From the NCBI GenBank assembly GCA_964627425.1, contig CAZVIY010000011.1:7763-71762 (forward strand): a DNA stretch of 64,000 bases. The letters are read 5' to 3'. This stretch comes from an uncultured Gemmatimonadota bacterium (GTDB taxonomy: Bacteria; Gemmatimonadota; Gemmatimonadetes; Palauibacterales; Palauibacteraceae). Of this stretch, positions 36,137 to 45,584 are shown piece by piece. The notes beneath the pieces were generated by a model. The model ran no database searches, had not been told where the DNA came from, and worked only from the letters and a program-made list of their open reading frames with translations. The first letter of the stretch is position 1. Every line of letters begins with the position of its first letter. The position numbers and the translations under genes are program-made.

Positions 36137-36164
36137 AATATACCGTCCCGAGCCGAGCTGTCAA
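36137..36164 (-). promoter_or_regulatory. Sigma70-type promoter of copy B
   Basis: TTGACA (36159-36164), 16 nt, TATATT (36137-36142). Confidence 0.75.
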
Positions 36165-36234
36165 CGGGGCGGCCTCGCCCAGTTGGGACGGGTTCGGACG
36201 GACTCCGAAACCGATCTCTTTGTGCGGCAATCGG

Positions 36235-37140
36235 TTACGCTTCTCGCCCCTCTCCGGAGCCCCGTTCGGATCCGCCTCCGTTCCTCGCCGATGGCACCGC
36301 CGACGGACCGTCGGCCGGCGTCCCGGCGGCCGGATCACCCGTCCCGGACGAGGCGGATCCGCCCCCCGTCCCCCCCTCCTCGACGAGCGGCACGAAGCGG
36401 ACCGGGTCCAGGGGGACGCGGGTGACGGCGCCGTCGTCGGCCTTCTCCACCAGCAGGAGCCGCTGGGTTCCGCCCTGTGGTCCCACCGGGATCACCATGC
36501 GTCCGCCCGGCGCGAGCTGCTCCACCAGGGGGTCGGGCACCTCCTCCGGAGCCGCCGTCACCACGATGGCGTCGAAGGGAGCCCGCTCCTCCCAGCCGAA
36601 CCAGCCGTTGCCGATCCGGACCTCCACCGAGCCGTAGCCCAGCTCCGCGAGGCGCCCCCGCGCCGCCCGGGCCAGCTCGGGCAGGATCTCCACCGAATAG
36701 ACCTCCCGGGTGATCTCGGCGAGGACCGCGGCCTGGTAGCCGGACCCGGTGCCCACCTCCAGCACCCGGTCCCCGGGCTCGAGCTCCAGGAGCTCGGTCA
36801 TCCGGGCCACGATGTACGGCTGGGAGATGGTCTGGTCCTGGCCGATGGGCAGGGGGCGATCGGCGTAGGCCAGCCCGCGGAACCGCTCGGGCACGAACCG
36901 GTGTCGCGGCACCCGACCCATGGCCGCCAGGACCAGGGAATCCTCAACGGGCGGCCGCCGGGCCCTCTCGTCGGAGAGGCTCTCCACCAGCGCCCGCCGC
37001 TGCTCCTCGAAGTCCTGGTTCGCCGGGTCGGCGTCCTGAGCCCGGGCGCAGCTCACCGATCCCGCCCACAGGACGGCCAGCAGGCAGAGGAGGCCCGTCC
37101 CCTTCCTCACGCAGGGCCCACCGATCCCCCGGAGGGTCAT
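36235..37140 (-). CDS. pcm: Protein-L-isoaspartate O-methyltransferase with signal-peptide-like N-terminus
   Basis: Start corrected to ATG 37140 (ATGA overlap). VPRHRFVP, AYADRPLPIGQDQTISQPYIVARM, VLEVGTGSGYQAAVLA, PFDAIVVTAA. Confidence 0.93.
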   Translation of the reverse strand: MTLRGIGGPCVRKGTGLLCLLAVLWAGSVSCARAQDADPANQDFEEQRRALVESLSDERARRPPVEDSLVLAAMGRVPRHRFVPERFRGLAYADRPLPIGQDQTISQPYIVARMTELLELEPGDRVLEVGTGSGYQAAVLAEITREVYSVEILPELARAARGRLAELGYGSVEVRIGNGWFGWEERAPFDAIVVTAAPEEVPDPLVEQLAPGGRMVIPVGPQGGTQRLLLVEKADDGAVTRVPLDPVRFVPLVEEGGTGGGSASSGTGDPAAGTPADGPSAVPSARNGGGSERGSGEGREA

Positions 37141-38792
37141 CGCCCGCCGCCGTCTCCGGTCCGGAAGGGCTCGTTCACCACGTTCACCGGGTCCACCCCG
37201 TCCTTCGATTCGGCCACCATGCGAGCCACCTCCTCCATGAGGCGGTCGTTCTCGATGACGATCCCGTCCTTGATGGTGTGGACGATCCCCCGGGTCCGGC
37301 GCGTCTCCCCGTCGGGCCCGGTGGTGAGGGCGCCGAAGGAGTAGAGGAAGCGGAGGTTGCGGGCGGGGTTCCCGTCCACGATGAGCAGGTCCGCGGCGTG
37401 GCCCGGGCGGAGGAGCCCCAGCTCGGGTCGACGCAGGACCAGCGCGCTGCTGCGGGTGGCCGACTTCAGCACCTCCAGGGGATGGAGGCCCGACTCCCGG
37501 ACCAGCTGGAGCTCCCGGACGTTGGAGAAGCCCGGCGTGGCCCAGATGTAGGCGTCGTCGGCGCCGTAGGCCACCGTCCCGCCCCGGGCGTTGAACTCGT
37601 GGATCAGGTCTCCCCAGAGGTCGAAGGCCTCCACCCACGCCTGCTCGTCCTCGGAGGTCCAGTCGTAGAAATAGGTGCCGTGGCGGGTCCGGCTGGGCAG
37701 GTAGAGCTCCAGGAGCGACTGGTGGGTGTACTTCTCGTGCCAGGGGAGGCTCCGGGCCCGGAGCACGTCCCGGTTCGCCTCGTAGACCACGCGGGTGGGC
37801 ATCATGGCCACCCCGTAGGCCGCCAGCGAATCGGCCACCTGCTCCAGGAGCACCTCCTCCCGGGCCTCGCCCCACACGTAGCCGGCCTGCCGGAAGCGCT
37901 CCAGCTCGTCGTTGAAGTCGTAGTCCGGCGGGAAGCCCTGCACCGACCGCTCCAGCGACGACTCGGCGTACCCGTAGTGATGGAGGATCATGGTGGCGCC
38001 CAGCCGGGCGGCGTCCACCGCGTCCACCACCGCCGTCTCCGAGGGCGGGATGTGGACCCCCGTGATCCCGCCGGCCTCCTCCATGGCCGAGGCGATGGCC
38101 CCGAAGACCTCACGGTCCCAGGCCCAGGCGTTCAGGTAGACCACGTGGGCGCCCTGCTCCACCATGGCCCGGGCGATCTCGGGCGCCATGGCCGGGTCCT
38201 CCAGCTCCCGGCGCGAATAGTCGGTCCGGGCGCCCCAGCTCCAGATCGGGACCATCCGGGGCGCCAGGATCTCGTTCCGTTCGCTCCTCTCGGCCTCGCG
38301 GATCGCCTCCTCCAGCCCCCGGTCCGTGGCGGGCGAGGTGGTGGTCACCCCGTGGGCCAGCTTCAGGTAGTAGACGTACTCCAGGGGAAATCCCCGCCGC
38401 AGGTGATGGTGGAGGTCGATCATGCCCGGCATGGCGTACATGCCGTCGGCGTGGATCACCCGATCGCCGGTGGGGCGGAGGGAGTCGGGCGGCGGGCTCG
38501 CCGCGTTGAAGCCCCGCATGTCGGCGATCTCGTCGCCCTCGATGACGATGTCGTAGGGCCCCCGGGGCGGCCCTCCGTGGCCCGGAATCACGTTCACGCC
38601 CCGAATCACCAGCCGGTCGTAGGGACCGTCGGCCAGCTCACCGAAGTCCCCGGCGTCCTGGGCCGGCGCCTCGGGGGGACCGCCCCACGGCAGCAGCCCC
38701 GCCGCCAGCAGTCCCGCCGTCAGCAGCCCCGTCGTCCGGAACCCCGCCCTCCGTGGCCACCGCCCACGTCTCCCGTCGTCCATCCTCTCCAC
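37137..38792 (-). CDS. Secreted amidohydrolase-family protein
   Basis: Signal peptide; MPGMIDLHHH (HxH), GTVAYGADD, LEVLKSAT, PGHAADLLIVDGNP; start may be 38780. Confidence 0.88.
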   Translation of the reverse strand: MERMDDGRRGRWPRRAGFRTTGLLTAGLLAAGLLPWGGPPEAPAQDAGDFGELADGPYDRLVIRGVNVIPGHGGPPRGPYDIVIEGDEIADMRGFNAASPPPDSLRPTGDRVIHADGMYAMPGMIDLHHHLRRGFPLEYVYYLKLAHGVTTTSPATDRGLEEAIREAERSERNEILAPRMVPIWSWGARTDYSRRELEDPAMAPEIARAMVEQGAHVVYLNAWAWDREVFGAIASAMEEAGGITGVHIPPSETAVVDAVDAARLGATMILHHYGYAESSLERSVQGFPPDYDFNDELERFRQAGYVWGEAREEVLLEQVADSLAAYGVAMMPTRVVYEANRDVLRARSLPWHEKYTHQSLLELYLPSRTRHGTYFYDWTSEDEQAWVEAFDLWGDLIHEFNARGGTVAYGADDAYIWATPGFSNVRELQLVRESGLHPLEVLKSATRSSALVLRRPELGLLRPGHAADLLIVDGNPARNLRFLYSFGALTTGPDGETRRTRGIVHTIKDGIVIENDRLMEEVARMVAESKDGVDPVNVVNEPFRTGDGGGR

Positions 38793-38972
38793 TCCTCTGG
38801 CCTCTCCTCCCGTTCAGCGTCACCTTGCACGGTACGGCTCCGGCGACGGCGCTGACAATGCATGGCTACGGCCGCCCGGGCGTACGGCTCGTCCCGACCG
38901 CCGCCGCCGGAGCCGCGAGGGAGTGCCCCGTCCGGAGGCGAACGAGGATCCAGGAACAGGAGGGAGGCCGGG

Positions 38973-39218
38973 ATGCGCGGCCCCGTTCGAGAGCACTGCA
39001 ACTGCGACTGGCGGAAGGCGCCGGACGTGGACCCGCTGGACGAGAGCCGGCGCTGCGACGGAATCCTCGTGCAGGAGGAGGCCGATCCGCTGGACCCGGT
39101 GGACGTGACGGCCGCCCACTGCCCCGACTGCGGGAGCCGGTTCGATTTCGAGGAGGACCGGTCGGCGGGCGACCGCTGCGACACCCGGGTCTGCAGGCAC
39201 TGCGGAGGGCTTCTCTGA
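38973..39218 (+). CDS. Small Cys-rich hypothetical protein (81 aa, possible Zn ribbon)
   Basis: AGGAGGG RBS then ATG 38973; CNC, C, CPDC, C, CRHC. Confidence 0.55.
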   Translation: MRGPVREHCNCDWRKAPDVDPLDESRRCDGILVQEEADPLDPVDVTAAHCPDCGSRFDFEEDRSAGDRCDTRVCRHCGGLL

Positions 39219-39228
39219 CCTGCGGGCC

Positions 39229-40014
39229 TCAGGCGTGGTCGTCCAGGAATTCCCGGAGGGCCGGGTTCACCACCTCGGGGTGGGTGAGGTTGGGCGCGTG
39301 GGCGGCGCCGGCGACGGCCAGGAGGCCACGGGACGCCGGGAGTCGCTCGTGCATGTCGGCGGCGCGGGAGAGAGGGATCGCCGGATCCTCCTCGCCGTGG
39401 ATCACCAGGGCCGGGGCCCGGATTTCCGGGACCCGATCGGTGACGTCGTCCCGCTCCAGCAGGCAGGCCACGGGATGGCGCAGGGCGTCCGGATCCAGCG
39501 CCCTCCACCGGTCCTTCCAGCGCTCCGCGAGCTCCGGGTCACCGCCCAGGATCATCCCGGCGAGCTGATCCAGGAGCTCGTCCGAGGGACCGCTCTCCAT
39601 CCAGCCCCGGAACATCTCCCGATAACCCTCGCGGGTCTCCTCGTCGTCCACCCCCGGCTCCGTGTCGATGAGGACCAGGGCCTTCACACGATCCGGATGG
39701 GCCAGGGCCGCCCGGAGGGACAGGTAGCCGCCCTGGGACATGCCCACCAGCACGGCCCGCTCCACGCCCAGACGGTCCAGGAGGCCCACCGCCAGATCGG
39801 CCAGATCCCAGTAGTCGAAGGCCCCCGGCACCGGCGTCCCTCCGAAGCCCGGCTCGTCCCAGGAGATGCACCGGTAGTCCTCTTCCAGCACGTCCACCTG
39901 GGGACGGAACATGGTCCGATCCATGAGGAATCCGTGGCTGAACAGCACGGCCGGGCCGGGTCCCCCGCTATCGTCGTAGCGGACCGCCAGGCCGTTCACG
40001 TCTGCAGTGGGCAT
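39229..40014 (-). CDS. Alpha/beta hydrolase (enol-lactonase-like)
   Basis: LFSHGFLMD, GMSQGG, VIHGEED, AAHAPNLTHP. Confidence 0.92.
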   Translation of the reverse strand: MPTADVNGLAVRYDDSGGPGPAVLFSHGFLMDRTMFRPQVDVLEEDYRCISWDEPGFGGTPVPGAFDYWDLADLAVGLLDRLGVERAVLVGMSQGGYLSLRAALAHPDRVKALVLIDTEPGVDDEETREGYREMFRGWMESGPSDELLDQLAGMILGGDPELAERWKDRWRALDPDALRHPVACLLERDDVTDRVPEIRAPALVIHGEEDPAIPLSRAADMHERLPASRGLLAVAGAAHAPNLTHPEVVNPALREFLDDHA

Positions 40015-40209
40015 CCCATCCTCCCGTGGATCCAGGATCGTCCTCGTCTAGCACGACTCGGAGGACCCGGCCCGGGTCCAGCGCACCCTCCTTGCGACGG
40101 GATCCTCCGGCACCGGAGTATAGCGGCCGTCGGGGGAGGTGGACACGGCCTCCTCCCGGCCGGAGCCACCCGTTCGCCCCTTCGTCCCCAACCTTTCCGT
40201 GGAGGAGAG

Positions 40210-41241
40210 ATGTCGCCGGAGAGCCTCGCGCTGGACCGCTCCGTGGTGCCCGCCCGCCCCCTGCGGGTGGGCCTGGTGGGACTCGGACCCGTGGGCCTGG
40301 AGATCGCCCGGGCCCTGGCACGAAAGCCATGGGCCCGGATCGTCGCCGCCGCGGACGTGGATCCGTCCCTGCAGGGCGAGGACCTGGCCGCACTCGCCGG
40401 GGGGCCCGATGCCGACGAGGGCCCGGAGGTGCGGGTGCGTCCGCGACTGGACGCCGAGTGCGACGTGGTGACCCACGCCACCGTCTCGGACCTGGAGCGG
40501 GCGACCCCCCAGATCACGGACCTCCTGGCGTCGGGCGCCTCGGTGGTCTCCACCTGCGAGGAGCTGGCCTTCCCCCTGCAGGAGGACCTCGCCCGCCGGC
40601 TGGACGAAGCGGCGCGGGAGGCCGATGCCGCCGTCCTTGGAACCGGCATCAACCCCGGCTTCCTGCTCGACGTGCTGCCGGCGACGCTCACCGTGGCGTG
40701 CCAGGAAGTGGAGCGGATCCGGGCCCGCCGGGTGGTGGACGCCGGCGAGCGCCGGGGTCCACTGCAGGAGAAGATCGGCGCCGGCCTCGATCTCGACGAG
40801 TGGACCCGGCGGCGCGACGAGGGAGAGATCCGTCACGTCGGACTCCCCGAGTCGGCCCGCATGCTGGCCGCCGCCGTCGGCTGGACCGGGGTGGAGTTCA
40901 GCGACGAGACCATCGAGCCCGTGGTGGCCGAGGAGGCCGTGACGACGGAGTTCGTGGAGGTGGCGCCCGGCCAGGCGGCCGGGGTCCGCCAGCGCCTCCA
41001 CGGGCGACGGGACGGCCACCGGATCCTCGAGCTGGAGCTCGCCATGCACGTGGGTGCCGAACGCCCCGGGGACGCCGTCTCGGTGGACGGGATCCCTCCC
41101 GTGGAGATGGTCGTCGAGGGGGGAGTCCACGGCGACCGGGCCACCGCGGGCGTGGTGGCCAACATGGTCCCCCGGATCGCCACGTGGGAGTCCGGGCTCC
41201 ACACCATGGCCGACCTCCCGGCGGCCGGCACCTTCGGTTAG
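40210..41241 (+). CDS. NAD(P)-dependent amine dehydrogenase (2,4-diaminopentanoate dehydrogenase / DapB-like)
   Basis: Start corrected to MSPESL at 40210 (GGAGGAG RBS). GLGPVG, VVSTCEELAFP, GTGINPGF, HVGLPES, HGDRATA. Confidence 0.8.
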   Translation: MSPESLALDRSVVPARPLRVGLVGLGPVGLEIARALARKPWARIVAAADVDPSLQGEDLAALAGGPDADEGPEVRVRPRLDAECDVVTHATVSDLERATPQITDLLASGASVVSTCEELAFPLQEDLARRLDEAAREADAAVLGTGINPGFLLDVLPATLTVACQEVERIRARRVVDAGERRGPLQEKIGAGLDLDEWTRRRDEGEIRHVGLPESARMLAAAVGWTGVEFSDETIEPVVAEEAVTTEFVEVAPGQAAGVRQRLHGRRDGHRILELELAMHVGAERPGDAVSVDGIPPVEMVVEGGVHGDRATAGVVANMVPRIATWESGLHTMADLPAAGTFG

Positions 41242-41264
41242 CGGCCGGGAGGGGCCCGACCGGC

Positions 41265-42110
41265 TCAGCCCGTGATCCGCTCCCGGTAGCCCTCGAACAG
41301 GTCCCGGGTCACCGGACCGGGGCGGCCGGGGCCCACGGGGTCGCCGTCCACCGAGACCACCGGCCGGACCTCCGTGGTGGTCCCCGTGAGGAAGAGCTCG
41401 TCGAGTCGGGGCAGCTCCTCCACCATGATGGGCTCCTCCCGGATCGGATGGCCCCGCTCCCGTGCCAGCTCCAGGACCGCCTCCCGGGTGATCCCCGGCA
41501 GGACCACGTTGGTCTGGGGGTGGGTGATCACGGCCCCGTCGCGCACGGCACACAGGTTCGCGTGGGCCCCCTCCACCGCCACGCCGTCCCTCACCAGGAT
41601 GGCCTCGTCGGCGCCGGCCTCCACCGCCGCCTGCTGGGCCAGCACGTTGGGAAGGAGCGCGATGCTCTTGATGTCCACCCGGCTCCACCGGCGATCGGGC
41701 ACCGTCACGGCGCTGAAGCCTTCCTCCCACCGCTGCCTCGCCGGGGGCGTCCAGGCGGTGGCCCGGGCGTAGACCGTGGGCTCCACCCCCGAGGACGGGA
41801 ACGCGTGGCTCCGGTCCGCGACCCCCCGGGTCACCTGCAGGTAGACCTTGGCGTAGGGCGCGTCGTCGAGGCCGTTCTCGGCCAGCAGGCGGTAATGGAT
41901 CCCCGGGAAGCGCTCCATGTCCACGTCGATCCGGATCGCCCGGAGGCCCCCGGCCAGCCGGTCCATGTGCTCCTCCAGGCGGACGAACCGTCCCCCGTAG
42001 GCGGCCGTCACCTCGTAGACGCCGTCGGCCAGGAGGAAGCCCCGGTCGTCGACGGAGACACAGGCCTCCTCCCGGGGGAGGTATTCTCCGTTCAGGTAGA
42101 CCGTGGTCAT
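41265..42110 (-). CDS. dat: PLP fold-type IV aminotransferase, D-amino-acid aminotransferase-like
   Basis: Start corrected to MTTVYLNGEY; DRGFLLADGVYE, YLQVTRG, DIKSIALLPNV, EGAHAN, LPGITR. Confidence 0.85.
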   Translation of the reverse strand: MTTVYLNGEYLPREEACVSVDDRGFLLADGVYEVTAAYGGRFVRLEEHMDRLAGGLRAIRIDVDMERFPGIHYRLLAENGLDDAPYAKVYLQVTRGVADRSHAFPSSGVEPTVYARATAWTPPARQRWEEGFSAVTVPDRRWSRVDIKSIALLPNVLAQQAAVEAGADEAILVRDGVAVEGAHANLCAVRDGAVITHPQTNVVLPGITREAVLELARERGHPIREEPIMVEELPRLDELFLTGTTTEVRPVVSVDGDPVGPGRPGPVTRDLFEGYRERITG

Positions 42111-42166
42111 GGAGTGACTCCCTCGTTTCCGTCGGGGTTCGGTCGTCGTGACGTCCGGGACAAGTA

Positions 42167-43030
42167 CTACAGGTCGCGGCGACGGAAGACCAGGTAGCTC
42201 CCTCCCAGCAGCACCAGGATCCAGGCGGTCGCCACCAGGAGGAGCCGGGGCGTGCTCCACAGCTCCGGCATCCCGGCCCCGGTCCCCGCCGCCCGGGCCG
42301 CCGCCTCCCGAAGCCCCTCCCCGTCCCACCGGGCCGGTCGCATGAGGGCGTCGAAGACGTTCAGCGGGACGTGTTCGGCCACCGGCGCCAGGGACCCGGA
42401 GATGCGGGCCAGGCCGGAGGCCAGGAGCTCCTCGACCAGGAGGATCCACAGGAAGAGCACGCCCACCGACGCGCCGGCGCTCCGCACGGCCAGGGCGATG
42501 GCCAGTGCGAGGCTCGCATAACCCGCGAACCCCATCGCCACGCCTCCCAGCGCCCTCCAGTGGCCCGGCGACGGCAGGAGGCCCGGGCCCGGGCCGCCGG
42601 AACCGACCACGGCGAAGCTGAGACCGAGGAGGACCTGCGTGCCGAGGAAGACGACCAGGAGGATCGGCACCAGGATCAGCTTCCCCAGGAACCACTCCTC
42701 CCGGGAGAGGCCGTCGATGACGTTCTGCCTCGCGGTCCTCCACGCGAACTCGTTCGCCACCAGGAGGATCAGCAGGATCGCCCCCAGGAAGGCGGCCACC
42801 TGGGGCGCCCCGGCCAGGATCTCCGTCCATGCCCCCGGGAGGGCGAACCCCTCCTCCGAGCGCAGGGCGCTGCTGAAGGCGAAGACGTGGACGGCGGCGA
42901 AGAGCCCGAGACAGATCACGGCCGCCGGCCGCTTTTTCGTCTTGAGCCACTCGTTCCGGGCCAGAGCCGAGATCAGCTCCACCCGGCCGCCGTCCCGCCC
43001 CACTCCACCGCCCCTGAGACCGCCCCTCAC
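42167..43030 (-). CDS. ABC-2-type transporter permease
   Basis: NEWLK, ANEFAWRTARQNVIDGLSR, FLGK, about 6 TM, FRRRDL C-terminus; GTGA overlap with ATPase. Confidence 0.9.
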   Translation of the reverse strand: MRGGLRGGGVGRDGGRVELISALARNEWLKTKKRPAAVICLGLFAAVHVFAFSSALRSEEGFALPGAWTEILAGAPQVAAFLGAILLILLVANEFAWRTARQNVIDGLSREEWFLGKLILVPILLVVFLGTQVLLGLSFAVVGSGGPGPGLLPSPGHWRALGGVAMGFAGYASLALAIALAVRSAGASVGVLFLWILLVEELLASGLARISGSLAPVAEHVPLNVFDALMRPARWDGEGLREAAARAAGTGAGMPELWSTPRLLLVATAWILVLLGGSYLVFRRRDL

Positions 43031-43944
43031 GCCACGTCCTCCACGGTCTCGGCGGAGGGCGCCCCGGTGAGCTCCATGAACACGTCCTCCAGGCTCTTCC
43101 TTCCCCTGCTGAGATGGGACAGGTGGATCCCCTCCCCGACCAGAAAGCGGTTCAGCGCGGCCAGGTCCTCGTCCTCGAGCTCGACCAGGACGCGGCCGCC
43201 CTCACGCCGGACCTCCGCCGCCGCGGGGTAGCCGAGCGCCGCGGCCCGCAGCCGTTCCGGATCGGCCGCCTCCAGGACCGCCACCACCCGATCCCCCGTG
43301 ATCTCCTCCACCGAGCCCTCCCGGACGAGACGACCCTCCTCGACGATCGCCACGTGGGTGCACGTCCGCTCCACCTCCCGGAGGAGATGGCTGGACAGGA
43401 AGATGGTCGTGCCATGGCCGGCCATTCGACCGATGATCTCCCGGATCTCCCGCATGCCTTCGGGATCCAGCCCGTTCGCCGGCTCGTCCAGTATGACCAG
43501 CTCCGGTTCGCCCAGGACCGTGGCCGCCAGCGCCAGCCGCTGCTTCATTCCCAGGGAGTACGCGTCGAAGCGGCCGTCGGCCCGGCGGGTCATCCCCACC
43601 AGTTCCAGGGCGCGTTCCAGGGAGACGGACGACGCCCCCTTCACGCTGGCCACGATCCGGAGGTTCTCCCGGCCGGTGAGGTACGGGTAGAAGTTCGGCT
43701 GCTCCAGCATGGCACCGATCCGACGCCGGGCCCGATGGAGTCCGGTCCCCGGGCCGCGGCCCAGGAGCCGATAGCTCCCGGCCGTCGGGGTGAGGATCCC
43801 CAGGAGCATTCCGATGGTCGTCGTCTTGCCGCTCCCGTTGGGCCCGAGAAATCCGTAGACCTGGCCGCCGCACACCCTGAGGGAGATGCCGTCCACGGCG
43901 AGGGTCGGGCCGAAGCGCTTGGTGAGGCCCGAGGTCTCGATCAC
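43027..43944 (-). CDS. ABC transporter ATP-binding protein
   Basis: GPNGSGKTT, YSLGMKQRL, ILDEPANGLD, SSHLL. Confidence 0.96.
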   Translation of the reverse strand: MIETSGLTKRFGPTLAVDGISLRVCGGQVYGFLGPNGSGKTTTIGMLLGILTPTAGSYRLLGRGPGTGLHRARRRIGAMLEQPNFYPYLTGRENLRIVASVKGASSVSLERALELVGMTRRADGRFDAYSLGMKQRLALAATVLGEPELVILDEPANGLDPEGMREIREIIGRMAGHGTTIFLSSHLLREVERTCTHVAIVEEGRLVREGSVEEITGDRVVAVLEAADPERLRAAALGYPAAAEVRREGGRVLVELEDEDLAALNRFLVGEGIHLSHLSRGRKSLEDVFMELTGAPSAETVEDVA

Positions 43945-44240
43945 GGGATCGGTCGGTCCGGACGACCCGGGGACATCGTTCCAGTGGGGGATGGCTCCCT
44001 CCTCGTCGACGCGACCTTCGTTCGGCCGGAGCGGGCGTCGGGGCCCGCCTCCTCCGCGCCTGGGAGACGGGGGTGGACAGCCTGGACCCCACTCTCAACG
44101 AGGCATCATCTTCCGGTCCGGCCACCCCGGGAACGGTCCCGGGCTCCCACCGGGCGGCTCCGGCACGCCGCCCGATCCCGGACGGCGGACGAAGGCGATC
44201 CGCCGGCCGTACGGGGACCAGCGGCACGAGAAATCACTCG

Positions 44241-44281
44241 AGATAGACGGTGCTATATAGTTTACCACACTATCTTTGACG
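44241..44281. promoter_or_regulatory. AT-rich divergent promoter/operator island
   Basis: AGATAG..CTATCT inverted repeat around gtgctatatagtttaccac; extended -10 TGgTAAACT on minus strand. Confidence 0.35.
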
Positions 44282-44511
44282 GAGACCACCCCTACGAAAC
44301 CATAGCCGCCCCGGTCGAAGAAGTGCTCCTCCGACTCCCCGGATCCGTCCAGCGGGACCACGCGATGGAGCCGACGAGGACCGCGAGGGCGGTCGCCGCG
44401 GGAGCCACGACTGCCACCGGCTGGCGCATCCTTTGCCCGTAGAATGAAGCCGAAGCGCCAGCGGCCGCTCCGAGCACCGTCACCTCCATCCCACGCAATC
44501 CAGGAGAACCC

Positions 44512-45054
44512 ATGCGCTCCAGGGAGCAACTCCTTCGCTACATCGACTCTCGCGTCGTGGACCGCGAGCCCGGCGGATACGCCGACGTGGACCTCCAGGC
44601 CGCCGAGGTGACCTCCCATACCCTGGAGATCGACGAGCTTCCCTGGTGGGTCTCGGTCAGGATCGGTGGAGAGGACGAGGGACCCGACCTGCCGGCGACC
44701 TTCGTTCCCGACCGCGACGAGAGCGAGTGGTCGGTGGAGGTGGAGCACGTGATCGACGAGGAGGCATGGCCCGCGGCCCGTCCCGGAGAGGACTACCTGG
44801 ACGCGCTGGCGGCCGAGCTGGTGGATCGGGCCCCCGCCGACGAAGGCGTCCACTTCGACGGCGTGGAGGGGCCCCAGGCGGCCCCGCACGGTACGGCCAT
44901 GTGGTATCGACTCGGCGTGAGCACGCCGGACCTGGGGAGCGCCTACCGCCAGGTCCGGGACCTGGACCGGGAGGTCCGGTCGGTCCTCTCCGAGGAGGCG
45001 GCGGGCGGCGCGTCGCTCTACCCGCTGGGAGCAGCCGCCGAGGCGGAGGGCTGA
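44512..45054 (+). CDS. Acidic hypothetical protein
   Basis: AGGAG RBS, protein-like composition; no family recognised. Confidence 0.65.
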   Translation: MRSREQLLRYIDSRVVDREPGGYADVDLQAAEVTSHTLEIDELPWWVSVRIGGEDEGPDLPATFVPDRDESEWSVEVEHVIDEEAWPAARPGEDYLDALAAELVDRAPADEGVHFDGVEGPQAAPHGTAMWYRLGVSTPDLGSAYRQVRDLDREVRSVLSEEAAGGASLYPLGAAAEAEG

Positions 45055-45070
45055 ACGCCGGCGGCCGTCC

Positions 45071-45565
45071 TCACGCGATCAGGAGCGCGGCCACCCCCAC
45101 GCCCAGGGTCACCAGACCCGCCAGCGTCTTCAGCGCCGCGGCGGCGGCGCGTCCCAACAGCGCACCGCGCCCCACCCGGAGGGAGGCGTCCAGGTCCCGG
45201 CGCCTGTAGAGGGTGACGGCCACGGCGCCACCGAAGGTCCCCAGCACGAGGCCCACCAGCGTCCCGACCACGGGAACGGGCGTGCCCACGAGCGCGCCGG
45301 CGATCCCGCCGGCGATGGCGCCGGCGAAGGTCCAGTTGTCACCGCCGTACCGGAGGGAGAACCGCTGCACGGCCACGTATTCGGCCAGCTCGGCCAGGAG
45401 GCCCAGGGCCACCAGGGCCGCGAGCGTGGGCCAGCTCACCGCTCCGGTCAGGGCGGCCGCGGCCAGGACCGCCACCATGAGCCAGAGGCCCGGGAGCCCC
45501 AGGGGAATGAGGAGGAGGCCGAGGACCATCACCGCCACGGCGAGACCGCCGAGGAGGAGGTTCAT
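45071..45565 (-). CDS. DUF456 family membrane protein
   Basis: GLLLIPLGLPGLWLM, AIAGGIAG, PVVGTLVGLVLGTFGGA, GALLG. Confidence 0.82.
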   Translation of the reverse strand: MNLLLGGLAVAVMVLGLLLIPLGLPGLWLMVAVLAAAALTGAVSWPTLAALVALGLLAELAEYVAVQRFSLRYGGDNWTFAGAIAGGIAGALVGTPVPVVGTLVGLVLGTFGGAVAVTLYRRRDLDASLRVGRGALLGRAAAAALKTLAGLVTLGVGVAALLIA

Positions 45566-45584
45566 GCGGTCCCGCCCGGAGGGA

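Noticed and set aside
44095-44513. Small ORFs in the ABC-to-hypothetical intergenic region
   Set aside because: No convincing RBS, motif or coding-like composition
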